Positions 60,661 to 64,000 of a DNA stretch of 64,000 bases are shown in pieces. The position numbers were made by a program, and so were the translations under genes. The stretch is taken from positions 1-64,000 of the forward strand of contig CAVRCJ010000019.1 in NCBI GenBank assembly GCA_963719515.1, written 5' to 3'. The notes under the pieces are model-generated. The model made no database searches. It was not told the DNA's origin and worked only from the letters and a program-made list of their open reading frames with translations. How positions within the stretch are numbered: the first letter of the stretch is position 1; each line of letters opens with the position of its first letter. The DNA is from an uncultured cyanobacterium (GTDB lineage Bacteria > Cyanobacteriota > Cyanobacteriia > CAKZMO01).

Positions 60661-62286
60661 ATGGACACAACAGCAGGCAGGCAGATTAGGGGTCAGAGAC
60701 TGACGTTGAACAGGGCAAAATTGTCGCCTCTAAGCGACAGCCCGTGGGGGCGCGGATCGCAAGGAGCCTCGGACGGTCCGGCGCTGCCTCTACGGTGCTC
60801 AAACCGCCAGGAGCCAAGCGGCCACAGCACGAATTTTCCATAGGGCGGCGATCGCCTGCGCTGCGCCCGGCCCTTCAGCCCTCCAGCCGTTCGGCTCCGG
60901 GTTCGGCTTCAGGGCCAATATTTGGCCTAGCGTCTTCGCCACCTGCGCTGAGGCGAGGGCAGCGGCGGCGGGGTAGCCTCACAGCCTCCGACGACGCCAA
61001 TGCCCAGCGGCTGGGAAGCTTTGCTGACGACTACGCGATCGCCAATGCCCCCACAGGGTTCCCAGGTCATTTTGCGGCTGAAGTCGCGCCAGTTTGATAC
61101 CTACCTACAGGTGCTGGATGGCCGGAGCGGCGAGCTGCTGTTTTCCAACGACGACACCGAGCGCGGCACCGACTCTCGTCTCGTCTTTACGGCGCAGCGC
61201 GGCATCGAGTACGTCGTGCGCGCCACCAGCTACGGCATTGAGGAGACGGGACGCTACAGCCTCACCATGAGACAGGTGCGCCCCACCATTCGAAATTTCA
61301 GCTTTACCTACGGCTATGGTCTCGTCGACGCCGCTGCGGCGATCGCCCGCGTGAGGGGCAGCGCGATCCGTCGCTTCGCCTCGGCGAGTTCAGGCCACCA
61401 GCGCCATCAGCGAGGCCTGGAATCTGAACGCCGTCGGCAGCCGCCAGGCCTGGAATCAGGGCTTTCGCGGACAGCGGCAGGTGGTCGCCGTCATCGATAC
61501 GGGCGTCGATCTAGACCACCCTGATCTGCAGGGCAACCTATGGCGAAACCAGGACGAAGTCCCGGGAAACGGGCTTGACGATGACGGCAATGGCTTTGTC
61601 GATGACCACCAGGGGTGGGACTTTGTCCGCAATCGACGCTCGCCCCCAGGACGGAGACGGCCACGGCACCCACGTGGCTGGCATCATCGCGGCTAAGGAC
61701 AACGGCTTGGGCACTACGGGGGTTGCCCCCAGGGCCAAGATTATGCCGATTCGAGTGTTGGGCCGCAACGGCACCGACGATCGCACGCTCGCCGCAGGGT
61801 ATTCGCTACGCGGTCCAAAATGGCGCTGATGTGGTCAACCTCAGCCTAGGCGGGCTGCCGGGAAGAGGGCCCTCGACGGTGCTGAAGCGATCGCTTCGGT
61901 TGGCTAAGCGCCGGGGCGTTTCCGTCGTGGTTGCTGCCGGCAACGAGCGAGATGAACTTGGAGCAACCCAGCCGGGAGAACCGGCGTTTTGGGCTGCGAC
62001 CCACCGCCTGGGCATCGCGGTGGGGGCAATCGATCGAGACTATCGCATCGCGAGCTTCTCCAACCCCACGGGAAACCGGCGTTCCAACTGGTTTGTGGTC
62101 GCGCCGGGGGTGACCATTCCGTCAACCTTTCCCGGCAATCAAACCGGGCTGCTGAGCGGCACCTCCATGGCCACCCCCCACGTCGCGGGGGCGATCGCCC
62201 TGCTCAAAAGCGCTAACCCGAGGCTGAGTCCGGTCCAAGTTGCGACGGCTTTGACCCGCACTGCAGCTCCCGTCTCTGGGGCGTAG
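60661..62286 (+). pseudogene. S8 subtilase with PPC domain, multiple frameshifts
   Basis: PPC (FDTYLQVLD..NDD), VAVIDTG, DGHGTHVAG, AAGN, GTSMATPH spread over several frames. Confidence 0.8.
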
Positions 62287-62395
62287 GGCTTTGACGCTTA
62301 CGGCCCTAATCGCTTATCTTGAGGGCTCAGTCTTAAGGGCTGGCCCCTGTGAAAAGAGGGGGCGGCAGGGGCACCGCAAGGAGAACCAATCGGCT

Positions 62396-62857
62396 ATGAA
62401 CAGCACCGAAAATATTACCATTCGGGTCGTCACCTACCGCGAGGCGATCGCCGACATCCAGGCCATCCGACGTCAGGTGTTTCAGCAAGAGCAGGGGGTC
62501 AGCGCTGAGCTAGAGTTTGACGGACTCGATGACGCCGCCACCCATCTGCTCGCCTGCGACCGAACCCAGGCCGTTGGCACAGCGCGGCTGCGCCCCTTGG
62601 ATAACCGCAAGGCTAAGGTAGAGCGGGTGGCGGTGTTGGCCTCCCACCGGGGCCGGGGAATTGGGCGACAGCTGATGGTGGCGGCGATCGCCCAAGTGAG
62701 ATCTCAAGGCATGACCACGATCAAGATCAACGCCCAGCTCCAGGTCAAGGCTTTTTACGAGCGGCTGGGGTTTGTGGCCCAAGGGGCGGTCTTTGAGGAG
62801 GCGGGAATTCCCCATGTGGCCATGACGTTGGCGGCGGCACCGCTGCAGTTAAGTTAG
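62396..62857 (+). CDS. GNAT acetyltransferase (YjcF/ElaA-like)
   Basis: IRRQVF..EQ, EFDGLD, RGRGIG, NAQ..FYERLGF, EAGIPH. Confidence 0.88.
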   Translation: MNSTENITIRVVTYREAIADIQAIRRQVFQQEQGVSAELEFDGLDDAATHLLACDRTQAVGTARLRPLDNRKAKVERVAVLASHRGRGIGRQLMVAAIAQVRSQGMTTIKINAQLQVKAFYERLGFVAQGAVFEEAGIPHVAMTLAAAPLQLS

Positions 62858-62899
62858 GGGGGGCGGCTTTGGGGCTATCAGCGCCGGGGCCAGCTGAGA

Positions 62900-63505
62900 T
62901 CAACTCGGAAGGTTCAGCTCCTGCCTGACATCCTGGAGCGATCGCTCCCACAGTTCCTCAAACCGGTACCCCAGCAAAAACTTTGCCCGCTTGCCCAGCT
63001 GATGACCAAGCCGCCGATTTTCAGCAATTTGTCTCGTTTGCTGCGGGGCGAGCATGGGGTAGAGCAGGCTGGCGATCCAAAGGCCCAAATGCTGAAAGCG
63101 GCTGTAATCTTGGGCGACCGCGAACGCCAGAACTCCCATCTCGCCCGCATAGCTCGTATCAAACCCCAGCAGAACGTGGAAAATGTCGTGGGTGACGGCA
63201 TACCTGAGGGCAAACACGTTTTGCTGAGCCAAAGCCTCCCGTTCAGCGCTGACGGTAAAGGGCTGTAGGGCGTTGTGGCGCATGTGGTGGGCGTAGGCAT
63301 AGCCGAATGAATCTTTCGGCAGCGCGAGCAAATTATCTAGGTCAATGGGCGGATGGTACCCCGCGACCGACTGCAGCTGTGCCATCACCTGGGGGTTGGC
63401 CCGCGCTCCCACTGCATCCGCCTTGAGAATCGCCAAATCGCCTAGATTGGGGTTGTCTTGTGCGGCTTCCTGAAAGGCGCTCAAGAGCTGTCTAATTTTC
63501 ACCAT
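62900..63505 (-). CDS. Coq4 family protein
   Basis: LLALPKDSFGYAY, THDIFHVLLGF-x6-E metal motif. Confidence 0.8.
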   Translation of the reverse strand: MVKIRQLLSAFQEAAQDNPNLGDLAILKADAVGARANPQVMAQLQSVAGYHPPIDLDNLLALPKDSFGYAYAHHMRHNALQPFTVSAEREALAQQNVFALRYAVTHDIFHVLLGFDTSYAGEMGVLAFAVAQDYSRFQHLGLWIASLLYPMLAPQQTRQIAENRRLGHQLGKRAKFLLGYRFEELWERSLQDVRQELNLPS

Positions 63506-63556
63506 AGTCCCACCTGATTGAGAGACGGCACGTGCTTTGGCTGCGCTGGTTCCGCC

Positions 63557-64000
63557 CTATCGTAGCCTAGACTTCACCTTGATTTTCATTGAGGCCGGAG
63601 GCGCTAGCGTCAGGCCCCGTCGGGCCGGAGTCAGGGGGCGGGGGTGAGGGAGCATCAGCTCAAAATCCTGCAGCAGGGTCGCTACGCCCAGCTTGAGCTC
63701 CATCATGGCCAATGCAGAGCCAATGCAGCGCCGATGGCCGCCGCCAAAAGGAAGGTACTCGTGGGGGGCGTACTGGCGCTCTAAAAACCGCTCGGGTCGA
63801 AACTGCTTGGGTTCGGGATAGACGTCCGGGTTCTGATGAATGATGTAGGTTGCCGGCATCAGAGCGGTGCCGGCAGCGAAGGAATAGCCCGCCATCGTCA
63901 TGGGCTGGCGCAGCACCCGCACAAAGGTGGTGGGGGTGATGGGATAGATCCGCAGAGCTTCCTGGCAAACCGCCGTTAGGTAAGGCAGCTTGGCGATCGC
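63557..64000 (-). CDS. Cytochrome P450, C-terminal part (runs off window)
   Basis: EALR (ExxR), PERF, FGGGHRRCIG heme motif. Confidence 0.93.
   Translation of the reverse strand, partial: AIAKLPYLTAVCQEALRIYPITPTTFVRVLRQPMTMAGYSFAAGTALMPATYIIHQNPDVYPEPKQFRPERFLERQYAPHEYLPFGGGHRRCIGSALAMMELKLGVATLLQDFELMLPHPRPLTPARRGLTLAPPASMKIKVKSRLR

Overview
Cyanobacterial chromosomal window: dense HIP1 octamers (GCGATCGC), psb28 and cyanobacterial-type cugP, sigD and cox genes. The genus cannot be fixed from sequence alone. Most of it is housekeeping or conserved genes: sigD, scpA, cugP, tldD/E, cbiT, tRNA-Lys, yajQ, htpG, coxBAC, rlmH, a PP2C phosphatase, rluE, sdhA, a C-terminal protease, psb28, ppx, an LCP protein, an MscS protein, shc and ileS. 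The accessory content is: (1) a frameshifted tnpB-only IS200/IS605 element; (2) an MGME1-like PD-(D/E)XK exonuclease whose stop codon runs into a spacer-less 29-bp tandem hairpin array, followed by a nuclease-helicase of the DUF2075 type, which is the best candidate for an undescribed system; (3) a rearranged patch at 49.7-52 kb, with duplicated surE 5' fragments around a TPR gene split by a 144-bp hairpin element; (4) ~24-nt double-mini-hairpin insertions nested in other repeats; (5) an ethylene-receptor-like sensor fused to PAS-GGDEF-EAL; (6) a P450-Coq4 pair; (7) two candidate structured non-coding regions. Several single-base frameshifts may be real decay or sequencing error. All family assignments come from motif recognition by eye; no searches were run.
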